Origin: an uncultured Bacilli bacterium
GTDB taxonomy: Bacteria > Bacillota_I > Bacilli_A > RF39 > UBA660
DNA: 37,867 nt
Assembly (NCBI GenBank): GCA_947630195.1
Contig: CANRGQ010000002.1
Span: 1 to 37,867, forward strand
Reading direction: 5' to 3'
Of the stretch, positions 7,442-16,229 are shown piece after piece. A model generated the notes under the pieces. The model did not search any database and was not told the origin of the DNA. It saw only the letters and a list, made by a program, of their open reading frames with translations. Numbering within the stretch: position 1 is the stretch's first letter; each line of letters starts with the position of its first letter. The translations under genes were made by a program, and so were the position numbers.

Positions 7442-10258
7442 CTATTTATTAGCGTCAAATATCTTCTTTAAGAATTCTCCCGTAAATGAACCTTTTATTT
7501 TACTTACTTCTTCAGGAGTACCAGTAGCAATTACATTACCACCAAATTTACCACCTTCAGGTCCTAAATCAATAACATAATCGGCTTGTTTAATAACATC
7601 TAAGTTATGTTCAATAACAATTACAGTATCGCCATTATCGACAATCCGATTTAAAACTTCCAGAAGTTTTTTTATGTCGGCAGAATGAAGTCCCGTTGTT
7701 GGTTCATCTAAAATAAATACGGATTTACCTGTCGCTTTCTTTTGAAGTTCTTTCGCTAGTTTTACTCTTCCAGCTTCGCCACCAGATAATGTTGGAGCTC
7801 CTTGACCTAATTTAATATAAGAAAGTCCTACTTCATTCATAACTTTTAATTTATCATAAACTTTCGGTATGTTTTCAAAGAATGGTAGGGCTTCACTTAC
7901 CCGCATATCTAAGACATCCGCAATACTTTTACCTTTAAATTTAACATCCAAAGTTTCTTTATTATATCTTTTACCCCCACAAACATCACAAGGAACGTAT
8001 ACATCTGGTAAGAAGTGCATTTCAATTTTCTTAACACCATCTCCCCAACAGGCTTCACATCTTCCACCCTTAACATTGAAGGAGAATCTTCCTTTATCAT
8101 ATCCTCGCATTTTAGATTCTTTCATGTTAGCAAAGACATCTCTAATATCATCAAAGACACCAACATACGTAGCGGGGTTACTTCTTGGAGTTCTACCAAT
8201 GGCATCTTGACTAATATTAACTACTTTATCAACATTTTCAATTCCTTTAACACCCTTACATTTACCAGGAATATCTTTCGAACGATATATTTCTTTATGT
8301 AAGGTCTTATAAAGTATTTCATTAACTAAAGTTGATTTACCACTTCCGGAAACACCTGTTACCACAATGAACTTATTTAAAGGAAATTTAACATTAATTT
8401 TATTTAAATTGTTTTCTTCAGCTCCTCTTACTTCTAAGAATAAGCCATTACCTTTTCGATGTTTCTTAGGAATTTCAATTTTTTCTTTGCCACTTAAATA
8501 ACGACCGGTAATACTTTTATCATTTTGCATTACTTCTTCTGGAGTACCAGCCGCCACAACATAACCACCAGCATCTCCGGCTCCAGGACCAATATCAACC
8601 AAATAATCGGCAGCGAGCATTGTATCCGTATCATGTTCAACAACAATTAAAGTATTCCCTAAATCGCGCATTTCTTTTAAAGAATTAATTAATTTTTCAT
8701 TATCTCTTTGATGAAGGCCAATGGATGGTTCATCTAAAACATATAAGACACCCGAAAGTTTACTGCCAATTTGAGTTGCTAGTCTTATTCTTTGGGCTTC
8801 TCCTCCTGATAAGGTTGCCGCACTTCTTGCTAAAGTTAAATAACTTAAACCAACATTCATTAAGAATTCTAATCTCGCTAAAATCTCTTTAATAAGGAGG
8901 CCACTAATCTCTTTTTCTTCATTAGTAAGTTTTAAATTTTCTAAAAATCCTTTTAATTCATCAATAGCCATTTCCGTAAGTTCATAAATATTTTTCTTGT
9001 TAATTTTAACGGCTAAAATCTCGTCTTTTAATCTAGTTCCATGACATTCATTACAAACGGATTCCACCATAAAACCTTCAATCCATTCTCTAATCCAAGA
9101 AGAATTGGTCTCTAAATAACGTCTTTCTAAGTTATTAACAATACCTTCATATTTACTTTTAGTATCTCTGGTACTACCATTCTTCGCTACATAATGAAAA
9201 TCCATTATATCATTGGTTCCATATAAAATAATATCTAAATCTTTTTTAGGCATATCTTTAACTGGAATATCTAAATTGATATGGTAATGTTCGGATACCG
9301 TATATAAACTGCTCATATACATATTGTTATCTAAGTTGATAGCCACAATGGCTCCTTTATTAATGCTTTTATTTTTATCGGGAATTAATAAATCTTCACT
9401 AATTTTAAGCTTCGTACCAAGTCCCTTACATTCATCACACGCTCCATATGGCGAGTTAAATGAAAACATTCTGGGTTCTAACTCACTTAATGAGAAATTA
9501 CAATAAGGACAAGCATAATTTTCACTCATTAAAAGTTCCTCTTCATCATTTATCTTAATAAGAACTAATCCATGAGCCATTTTAGCACTTACTTCTAAGG
9601 CTTCAAAAATCCTGCTTCGCTCATCACTACTAACTCTTAATTTATCAATTAAAACATAAATATCATCTTTAATATTTTTTTCTAAAGTAATTTCATCCGT
9701 ACTATTATATAAAGTTCCATTAACTAATATTCTTGTGAATCCCTTACTACGTAAGTCCTCAATTAAATCTTTATGAGTTCCTTTTTCCCCTCTTACAATT
9801 GGCGAATATATTTCAATCTTCGTTCCTTCTTCAAAATTTAAAACTTTATTTGTCATTTCTTCTATACTTTGACTTTTTATTGGTATTTTATGCGTAGGAC
9901 AATAAGGTACCCCAATTCTCGCAAATAAAAGTCTTAAATAATCGTATAATTCGGTGATAGTTCCCACAGTTGAACGGGGATTTTTATTGGTGGTTTTTTG
10001 GTCAATCGAAATACTTGGCGAAAGTCCTTCAATGGAATCCACATCCGGTTTATCACCCGAACCAATAAATTGGCGGGCATAAGCTGACAGGCTTTCCACA
10101 TATCTTCTTTCTCCTTCAGCGTAGATAGTATCAAAAGCCAAACTACTTTTACCACTTCCGGAAACTCCCGTCATGACAATTAATTTGTTTTTAGGTAGTT
10201 CCAAATCAACATTTTTTAAATTATTTTCTCTTGCTCCTCTTATAACAATTTTATCCAT
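7442..10258 (-). CDS. uvrA: excinuclease ABC subunit A
   Basis: The 938-aa product has two ABC modules (GVSGSGKSSLAFDT and GVSGSGKSTLV), LSGGE signatures, and zinc-finger Cys pairs (CPYC, CDEC, CEAC, CDVC). Confidence 0.97.
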   Translation of the reverse strand: MDKIVIRGARENNLKNVDLELPKNKLIVMTGVSGSGKSSLAFDTIYAEGERRYVESLSAYARQFIGSGDKPDVDSIEGLSPSISIDQKTTNKNPRSTVGTITELYDYLRLLFARIGVPYCPTHKIPIKSQSIEEMTNKVLNFEEGTKIEIYSPIVRGEKGTHKDLIEDLRSKGFTRILVNGTLYNSTDEITLEKNIKDDIYVLIDKLRVSSDERSRIFEALEVSAKMAHGLVLIKINDEEELLMSENYACPYCNFSLSELEPRMFSFNSPYGACDECKGLGTKLKISEDLLIPDKNKSINKGAIVAINLDNNMYMSSLYTVSEHYHINLDIPVKDMPKKDLDIILYGTNDIMDFHYVAKNGSTRDTKSKYEGIVNNLERRYLETNSSWIREWIEGFMVESVCNECHGTRLKDEILAVKINKKNIYELTEMAIDELKGFLENLKLTNEEKEISGLLIKEILARLEFLMNVGLSYLTLARSAATLSGGEAQRIRLATQIGSKLSGVLYVLDEPSIGLHQRDNEKLINSLKEMRDLGNTLIVVEHDTDTMLAADYLVDIGPGAGDAGGYVVAAGTPEEVMQNDKSITGRYLSGKEKIEIPKKHRKGNGLFLEVRGAEENNLNKINVKFPLNKFIVVTGVSGSGKSTLVNEILYKTLHKEIYRSKDIPGKCKGVKGIENVDKVVNISQDAIGRTPRSNPATYVGVFDDIRDVFANMKESKMRGYDKGRFSFNVKGGRCEACWGDGVKKIEMHFLPDVYVPCDVCGGKRYNKETLDVKFKGKSIADVLDMRVSEALPFFENIPKVYDKLKVMNEVGLSYIKLGQGAPTLSGGEAGRVKLAKELQKKATGKSVFILDEPTTGLHSADIKKLLEVLNRIVDNGDTVIVIEHNLDVIKQADYVIDLGPEGGKFGGNVIATGTPEEVSKIKGSFTGEFLKKIFDANK

Positions 10259-10373
10259 TTTCCATCACCACAATATTCCCTATATATTTTAAACTTTTTC
10301 TAATAATTTTCAAGCATAATTAATATATCAAACAATTGTATTATTTGCAAGTCTAAATTAACAATTTTATACG

Positions 10374-10402
10374 AAAAAGGCACCATTACCCAAGTGCCTT
10401 TT
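10374..10402 (-). terminator. rho-independent terminator ending the Dcd-like operon
   Basis: On the minus strand the sequence AAGGCAC-(10)-GTGCCTT is followed by TTTTT. A second hairpin (GTAGAG..CTCTAC) precedes it. Confidence 0.7.
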
Positions 10403-10458
10403 ATGGTAGAGATAACTCCTCTACAGTAGTATTATGACCAAATTAATTTATTTTATAC

Positions 10459-11481
10459 TCATTTTTTTAATAATTTATAAGACATACTTCCTAATTTATC
10501 ATCACATTTATTTTGCATACTGCCATTATAAGTATTTTCTATTTCTCCTTCCGGCGTAAAATAGTATATTTGACAAGTAAGCATATCTTTATAAACCCGA
10601 ATCGGAAGAGTTGTTCTTATTCCTAAATGAAAGTATCCTTTATAACCAATTGAGCCCATTCCTCCCGAACAATGCACGTGATACCCAAGTCTACCTAAAG
10701 AACTTCTTCCACTAATCATGGGAATTAAATTATTAGTTTCGGTCCACTCATTAGTTCTTCCTAAATAAGTTTTATCGGGATACAAAATAGTTCCTTCTTC
10801 GCCAATATTAAAATATTCTACTTTATTCTCTTTTTTGATATCTAAAATGGGATCTGTATAATAACCCATCTTCGGATTTAAACTTAAATTAACGGAATTA
10901 GGATTAATTAATATTTTATTACCCGGATTAATAATGATATCACCCGTAGTCATTCTTTTCTTTATTTCATCACCACTAAGCATGCCAATTTCTTGGCTAG
11001 TCTCATCTAAACTTTTAAAAAATGTTAGATTACCCACTTCAATATTGGGATAAATTATTGTGGGTTTCGTACAAATTATACTAAGTAAAAATGGTCCATC
11101 ATAATTATCCGTACCATAACCACTCGTAAGTTCAATACTAAGTCCTAGCAAGGATAAAGAAGTTCTTCCATGCATAACCGGAATATAACCTTTAGTTTTA
11201 ATATTCTCATTAGTCTTAGCTAAATAAACTTTATGAGGCTCTAAAAGCATACCACTCTTAGGTATTCTTGTTTTTCTTAATTTATTAATAACACCTTTAA
11301 ATACTTCTTCTTGGTATTCATAACTTTCTTTAGTATCTACCACCATATAATCATAAAAATATAATTCATCACTTAAGGTAATGCGACAACTATTGGGTTT
11401 ATCTAAAGCATTATCTAGCATATTATCTATTTGAACATTTCCTAAATCTATTTGTTTTTTTATTTCTTTATTTGTGAGCAT
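10459..11481 (-). CDS. tandem (two-module) dCTP deaminase/dUTPase-fold protein
   Basis: There are two internal repeats. Each begins L(T/S)xxEIKK and contains a Dcd-like core: HGRTSLSLLG...LLSIIC in the first and SGRSSLGRLG...HLGIRT in the second. The canonical catalytic Glu of the Dcd 'LE' motif is replaced in both modules. Confidence 0.7.
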   Translation of the reverse strand: MLTNKEIKKQIDLGNVQIDNMLDNALDKPNSCRITLSDELYFYDYMVVDTKESYEYQEEVFKGVINKLRKTRIPKSGMLLEPHKVYLAKTNENIKTKGYIPVMHGRTSLSLLGLSIELTSGYGTDNYDGPFLLSIICTKPTIIYPNIEVGNLTFFKSLDETSQEIGMLSGDEIKKRMTTGDIIINPGNKILINPNSVNLSLNPKMGYYTDPILDIKKENKVEYFNIGEEGTILYPDKTYLGRTNEWTETNNLIPMISGRSSLGRLGYHVHCSGGMGSIGYKGYFHLGIRTTLPIRVYKDMLTCQIYYFTPEGEIENTYNGSMQNKCDDKLGSMSYKLLKK

Positions 11482-12022
11482 GATGATCTTCCTTTTCTAA
11501 CACTTTTACCCTTTTATATTCTTTAGCCATCCTTGATTCCGTAGCTTCAACTTGCCCAAAGTATTTCCCCCGATAAACATTTTCGCTATTACCTATTAAA
11601 GGATAATAATAAATTCTTCCGATTGGAATATTAGGATATACTATCGTCGGATTAGCACATATAATTTCCAAAGTCCAAGTTCCTTCAAAACCATTATCGC
11701 CAAAACCAGCGGTAATGTGAATTTCCACACCTAAACTAGCCAGTTCGGTAATTCCCGATAAAAGGGGCACAAAACCATAAGTTTTGGTGTATTCATTAGT
11801 TCTTCCTAAATATAGTTTATTAGGTTCTAACATAAGACCTTCAGGAGGTATCTTAATAACTTTAGTAGGACTTGGATTTTGTACATCTAAAAAAGGTGTA
11901 TCATAGACTTTTAAAGTATCCCCTAAAGTTACTTCAATATAATTTTCACCCAGTTTGTCTTCCCAATTAGATACATAGATATTATTTGGTATTTCTTTTT
12001 TTAAACCTTCTTTATTTAACAT
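11468..12022 (-). CDS. single-module dCTP deaminase-fold protein (degenerate Ser/Arg motif, Glu retained)
   Basis: The sequence reads LEPNKLYLGRTNE...SGITELASLGVEIHITAGFGDNGFEGTWTLEIIC...YRGKYFGQ, which resembles the Dcd core and the C-terminal GKYxGQ. It overlaps the downstream tandem gene by 14 nt. Confidence 0.7.
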   Translation of the reverse strand: MLNKEGLKKEIPNNIYVSNWEDKLGENYIEVTLGDTLKVYDTPFLDVQNPSPTKVIKIPPEGLMLEPNKLYLGRTNEYTKTYGFVPLLSGITELASLGVEIHITAGFGDNGFEGTWTLEIICANPTIVYPNIPIGRIYYYPLIGNSENVYRGKYFGQVEATESRMAKEYKRVKVLEKEDHHAHK

Positions 12023-12031
12023 AAAACCTCC

Positions 12032-13558
12032 TTACTTTTCTTTAATTAATTTTTTATCTTTTTCGATAAAATCACTATAATCATTATTATAAATTACTTT
12101 TTTGACTTTTTTACCTATTTCTGTATTTTGATATTTAGTTATAATTCTATCTATAACAATATCTTTAGTTAATAAATAATAAGTAGAAATGTACATTAAT
12201 TTCTTTAAGATATCTACTTCTGCATATCCTTTTAAGATTTCTATTAAAAATACTCTTGCTACCATGTAGAAATCCTCAAAATCATCTTTGGTAAATTTAT
12301 CTAAAGGAACACTTTCTAATACTTTAAGAAAATTCTTTTCTTCCGTTAAACTTTCGCCATAGTTATCTAATAAAAATAGTAACCGAGATTTAACATTTTC
12401 TAATTCTTCATTATTTCCATATTTATTTATAAGATAATGCGCTAAAATGATATATCTTAAATAAAAGGCGCGAGTAATATTTTGATTATCTAAATAAAAC
12501 TTAAATAATTCGATGACCTCTTCTATTTCACTAATTTCTTCCTCTTCATCATCTTCGTCTTCTTTGTCATCATCTTCTACTTCATCTTCAAAATCATCAT
12601 GATAAGCCGCCATTTTTTCTTCTATTTCTTCCCTTTCTTCTAAAAATTCATCAGGGAAAATTGGTTCTGCTAAACAAGAGCCATAATCTTCTTCGGATAA
12701 TTCTTCATCATCATTACTGTTTTTGGCTTTGGCAAATTTTTTATATTCAAATAAGCCTTGTATATCCATAAGTAACTTATCACAAGCAATTGATTTAGTA
12801 CCAAAAATAGCATCATAAAAACTATTCTCTAATAAATACTCTAATTTTTTCTCATGTAACTCACAAAATTTATCTTTTATAATATCTTCACTAAGTAAGT
12901 CATAATCGTCATCATCATTTAACAATCCTAAACATCTAATGATAGTATCATAACATCTAATTTTCGCATAAGAAGAATTTCCTATTTTAGTTAAAGTGTT
13001 AACAATAAACTTAGAAATAGTTTCTATATTAGGACTATTCTTAATAATTTTATATTCATAGTAATATTTTTCTAATATTTTTTCTACTTCTATAAGTTTT
13101 AAAACTTCATTCTTAATTTTCGTAGCATGCAAAGCATCCATAGGTTTTAAATGTTTACTAAAACCTATTAATTCGCCACATATTAACTGATTATAAGGAT
13201 TTTCATAAAAAGGAAGATCAAATTTCACATCCCCAAATGATTCCATATCAACATCTTCTTTTATATAAATTCTTTCATTATCATAAGTAAAATATTCGTC
13301 ATAATTAATTAAAAAATTTTCAAAGTTTTTTCTTTCTTCTTCTAAAGATATATTAAGTCCATAATTATGAAATTCTTTAAGTAATTCTGGGAAATATTCA
13401 TCATCATATTCCTTAAAACGACTGTGATAATCAATATGTTCTTGAATTAGAGCAAGACGATAATTATGTAATTCTTCAAAAGTTAAAGACCTTTTATCTT
13501 CATAATCGTAATATCTTTCAAAGGCTAAAAAGATTATAAAATCAAAATAATTCTCCAT
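12032..13558 (-). CDS. hypothetical highly acidic 508-aa protein with a poly-Asp/Glu tract
   Basis: This is a long ORF with no TM segment. It contains the tract DDFEDEVEDDDKEDEDDEEEE and many other D/E/Y/F-rich stretches. It lies 9 nt upstream of the Dcd-like genes. I do not recognise a family. Confidence 0.6.
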   Translation of the reverse strand: MENYFDFIIFLAFERYYDYEDKRSLTFEELHNYRLALIQEHIDYHSRFKEYDDEYFPELLKEFHNYGLNISLEEERKNFENFLINYDEYFTYDNERIYIKEDVDMESFGDVKFDLPFYENPYNQLICGELIGFSKHLKPMDALHATKIKNEVLKLIEVEKILEKYYYEYKIIKNSPNIETISKFIVNTLTKIGNSSYAKIRCYDTIIRCLGLLNDDDDYDLLSEDIIKDKFCELHEKKLEYLLENSFYDAIFGTKSIACDKLLMDIQGLFEYKKFAKAKNSNDDEELSEEDYGSCLAEPIFPDEFLEEREEIEEKMAAYHDDFEDEVEDDDKEDEDDEEEEISEIEEVIELFKFYLDNQNITRAFYLRYIILAHYLINKYGNNEELENVKSRLLFLLDNYGESLTEEKNFLKVLESVPLDKFTKDDFEDFYMVARVFLIEILKGYAEVDILKKLMYISTYYLLTKDIVIDRIITKYQNTEIGKKVKKVIYNNDYSDFIEKDKKLIKEK

Positions 13559-13577
13559 AAAACCTCCTAATTATTTT

Positions 13578-14195
13578 TTATTTTTCAATATTTACAAAAC
13601 GCATTGTTTTAATACTTTGGGTAACAATTGGTTTATCATAATCATCAGTTCTTACTTTAGATATTTCTAAGATATTTTTATATCCGGCGATTACTTTACC
13701 AAAAGCGGCATAAGCCCCGTCTAAATAACCGAGACTATCATTATCATTAACACAAATAAAGAATTGACTAGAAGCACTGTTAAAATCTTTTTCTTGTCTC
13801 GCCATTGATAGAATTCCTTCTTCATGTTTTAAGTTGTTTTCAAAACCATTTTGAGCAAATTCCCCTTTAATAGAATCTTCACTTCCACCAGTACCATTCC
13901 CAAGAGGGTCTCCAGTTTGCACCATAAAATCGGCAATTACGCGATGGAAAGTTAAACCATCATAGAATTTTTCTTTGACTAGTTTTTGAAAATTAGCCAC
14001 CGTTCCCGGAGCAATATCCGGATATAATTCCATAATTACTACCTTATCTTTATTAGTAACCATTTTTACATAATTAGTTACCTCATCAGTTTCTGTATAT
14101 TTAATATTTTCTATTTTCCCATTTGTTAAATCTTTTTTAGAACATCCAAAAGTAAATATCGTCAAAAATAAAAATAGATAGATTAATTTTTTCAT
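13578..14195 (-). CDS. cyclophilin-type peptidyl-prolyl isomerase, probable lipoprotein
   Basis: It contains PGTVANFQKLVKEKFYDGLTFHRVIADFMVQTGDP and SMAR...SQFFI. The N-terminus MKKLIYLFLFLTIFTFGC looks like a lipoprotein signal. The start is taken at the ATG at 14195. Confidence 0.88.
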   Translation of the reverse strand: MKKLIYLFLFLTIFTFGCSKKDLTNGKIENIKYTETDEVTNYVKMVTNKDKVVIMELYPDIAPGTVANFQKLVKEKFYDGLTFHRVIADFMVQTGDPLGNGTGGSEDSIKGEFAQNGFENNLKHEEGILSMARQEKDFNSASSQFFICVNDNDSLGYLDGAYAAFGKVIAGYKNILEISKVRTDDYDKPIVTQSIKTMRFVNIEK

Positions 14196-14246
14196 GTTAT
14201 CACCTATAACCATTATAATCTATCTATTTAAATTTATAAAGTCTTT

Positions 14247-14567
14247 TTATTTCTTTTTTAATTTAACGGCTGTACCATAAACAATAATTTCGGCAGCGCC
14301 ACCCATAACAGCGGAAGAACCATACCTAATATTAATAACGGCATCAGCCCCCAAACTTTCGGCTTCATCAACCATTCTTTTGGTAGCCATTTTTCTTGCT
14401 AAACTAATCATATCGGTATAGCTCGCAATTTCACCACCGACAATAGTTTTAAGCCCAGCCATAAAATCCCGACCGATGTTTTTGGATTGGACAATTTGCC
14501 CTTTAACAAGTCCTAAAACTTCCTCTATTTCTTCTCCTGGTAAGTAATCAATATTTACTAGCTTCAT
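14247..14567 (-). CDS. YbjQ/UPF0145 family protein
   Basis: VLGLVKGQIVQSKNIGRDFMAGLKTIVGGEI...AESLGADAVINIRY is typical of YbjQ. The ATG at 14567 lies 9 nt after AGGAGG. The GTG in the ORF track directly abuts the SD sequence. Confidence 0.8.
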   Translation of the reverse strand: MKLVNIDYLPGEEIEEVLGLVKGQIVQSKNIGRDFMAGLKTIVGGEIASYTDMISLARKMATKRMVDEAESLGADAVINIRYGSSAVMGGAAEIIVYGTAVKLKKK

Positions 14568-15192
14568 CTTCTTCACCTCCTAAAATTTCTTTAATTCTTT
14601 TAATTAAATTTATTAAAACTGCTCCAACTGGTAAACCAAGAATTAACATTAAAAACCAAAATAATGGCCATGGACACTTTTCAACTTCCGTAATTTGAAA
14701 ATAACAAATAAGACCAATCAAAAAGATAAAAATACCACTAAAAATTAAACTAGCCAGAATGGCTCCGCCAATTCTTTTTCCTTTACTAGGTAACTCCCTA
14801 TTCATTGTAAATCTCTCCTTTTTATTTAATATATTTATTTCTTTAAAATATTTTTCAATATTTAAATTTTCATAAGTAACATCATCTTTAATTATTTCTT
14901 GGCACATTTCTTTTACTTTATCAAAATTTAATTTTAAACTATCAATTTTTTGAATCCGATTATTTAAACAATCTTTTAAAGATAATTTTCCTTCATTTAA
15001 TTCTCTTAATTCTTTAATGGGTACATCTAGTTCTCTTAAAAACTTAATAATTTTTAATTTCTTAATATCTTCTTCATCATAATACCGATAATCATTATCT
15101 TTTCTTTTCGGATTTAGTAAATGATTATCTTCATAAAACCGAATACTTTTTTTGGATAATCCCACAATATTTTCAACTTCATTAATAAGCAT
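14548..15192 (-). CDS. MerR-family transcriptional regulator with two C-terminal transmembrane helices
   Basis: The N-terminal HTH reads VGLSKKSIRFYEDNHLLNPKRKDNDYRYYDEEDIKKLKIIKFLRELDVPIKEL and is followed by a coiled-coil region. The C-terminal hydrophobic segments are GGAILASLIFSGIFIFLIGLICYF and WPLFWFLMLILGLPVGAVLINL. Confidence 0.8.
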   Translation of the reverse strand: MLINEVENIVGLSKKSIRFYEDNHLLNPKRKDNDYRYYDEEDIKKLKIIKFLRELDVPIKELRELNEGKLSLKDCLNNRIQKIDSLKLNFDKVKEMCQEIIKDDVTYENLNIEKYFKEINILNKKERFTMNRELPSKGKRIGGAILASLIFSGIFIFLIGLICYFQITEVEKCPWPLFWFLMLILGLPVGAVLINLIKRIKEILGGEEDEASKY

Positions 15193-15212
15193 ATTATCTC
15201 CTTTCTAACCTA

Positions 15213-15243
15213 AATATAAACTATTCCCTAAGGTTAAAGTCAA
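15213..15243 (-). promoter_or_regulatory. promoter with 19-bp spacer (TTGACT-19-TATATT) upstream of the MerR-family gene
   Basis: The -35 TTGACT (15238-15243) and -10 TATATT (15213-15218) are read directly. The spacer contains the small dyad CCTTAGG. Over-long spacers are the hallmark of MerR-controlled promoters. Confidence 0.5.
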
Positions 15244-15271
15244 GAAAAAAAGAAATATTCTGCATATTTCT
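15244..15271 (-). terminator. rho-independent terminator after the activase operon
   Basis: A stem (AGAAATA / TATTTCT, 7 bp) is followed by a T-run of six or more on the minus strand. It overlaps the stop codon. Confidence 0.65.
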
Positions 15272-16229
15272 AAACTTTTGCTTTAACTTTAATAGCTCCT
15301 TTATCACATTTATTACCCCAAGCATCAATAAGTTCCCCATCTTTATAAACGCAAATTCTCTCACAATTATTGGCACATCCTTTGCATTCAATACCTTTAG
15401 TTTCAAAAGTAACATCTTCAATATTAAAATCAAAACTTACCTCCGGAGCTTTTTTAGATAAAATGGCTACGCCTAAGGCCCCCATTAAATGGGAATTAGG
15501 GTCCACAATAATCTTTTCGCCAGTGGCTTCTTCAAAGGCTTTAATAACTCCGACATTCTTAGATACTCCGCCTTGAAATACTATCGGAGCACTAATCTTT
15601 TTACCTTTACCAACATTATTTAAATAGTTATTAACAACAGCCTTACAAAGACCTGCGACTATATCTTCTTTTTTATGACCAATTTGGGCTTTATGAACTA
15701 AATCACTTTCGGCAAAAACGGTACAACGAGCCGCAATATTAGTGGGATTCTTGCTTCTTAAAGCCATTTCCCCAAATTCTTCGACTTCTAAACCTAATCT
15801 TTTTGATTGACTAGATAAGAAAGAACCAGTCCCCGCTGCACATAAAGTATTCATGGCATAATCTGTTACAATACCATGGTCAATAATAATTATTTTAGAG
15901 TCTTGGCCTCCAATTTCAAAAATGGTATGGACATCAGGATATAATGATAAAGTTCCAATCGCATGAGCCGTTATTTCATTTTTAACAATATTGGCTCCTA
16001 AGATAACCCCAATTAATTTACGAGCGGAACCGGTCGTTCCTACTCCCACTACTTTATATTTTTTCTCATTAAATTGTCCTTTTAAAATACTTATTAATCT
16101 TTTAACGGCCCCAATGGGGTCTCCCTCAGTCCAGATATATTCACTAGCTAGTATTTTATTATCTTCATCTATTATTATTCCCTTGGTAGATATTGAACCA
16201 ATATCTACACCCATATAGGCTTTTTTCAT
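15270..16229 (-). CDS. BcrAD/BadFG-family ATPase (2-hydroxyacyl-CoA dehydratase activase-like)
   Basis: It has the actin-fold ATPase motif MGVDIGSISTKG, then GVGTTGSA and EIGGQDSK, and a C-terminal Cys cluster (CKGCANNCERIC...C). Confidence 0.8.
   Translation of the reverse strand: MKKAYMGVDIGSISTKGIIIDEDNKILASEYIWTEGDPIGAVKRLISILKGQFNEKKYKVVGVGTTGSARKLIGVILGANIVKNEITAHAIGTLSLYPDVHTIFEIGGQDSKIIIIDHGIVTDYAMNTLCAAGTGSFLSSQSKRLGLEVEEFGEMALRSKNPTNIAARCTVFAESDLVHKAQIGHKKEDIVAGLCKAVVNNYLNNVGKGKKISAPIVFQGGVSKNVGVIKAFEEATGEKIIVDPNSHLMGALGVAILSKKAPEVSFDFNIEDVTFETKGIECKGCANNCERICVYKDGELIDAWGNKCDKGAIKVKAKV

Noticed and set aside
7869-10155. Several 60-113-aa ORFs on both strands within uvrA (7869-8210, 7909-8100, 8015-8302, 9324-9506, 9934-10155)
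   Set aside because: All are embedded in the unambiguous uvrA reading frame or its antisense strand, so I treat them as shadow ORFs.
10259-10370. LexA/Cheo SOS box (CGAAC-N4-GTTCG) upstream of uvrA, and likewise upstream of uvrB (32085-32177)
   Set aside because: I found no GAAC-N4-GTTC-like dyad by eye in either region. I cannot exclude a lineage-specific LexA motif.
15221-15576. The 70-aa (minus) and 68-aa (plus) ORFs overlapping the activase gene 3' region, and similar ORFs at 15991-16218, 23311-23505, 23616-23840, 26964-27242, 29000-29236, 32708-32947, 35986-36174 and 36661-36951
   Set aside because: Each overlaps a longer ORF with clear family motifs, in another frame or on the other strand, so I treat them as shadow ORFs.
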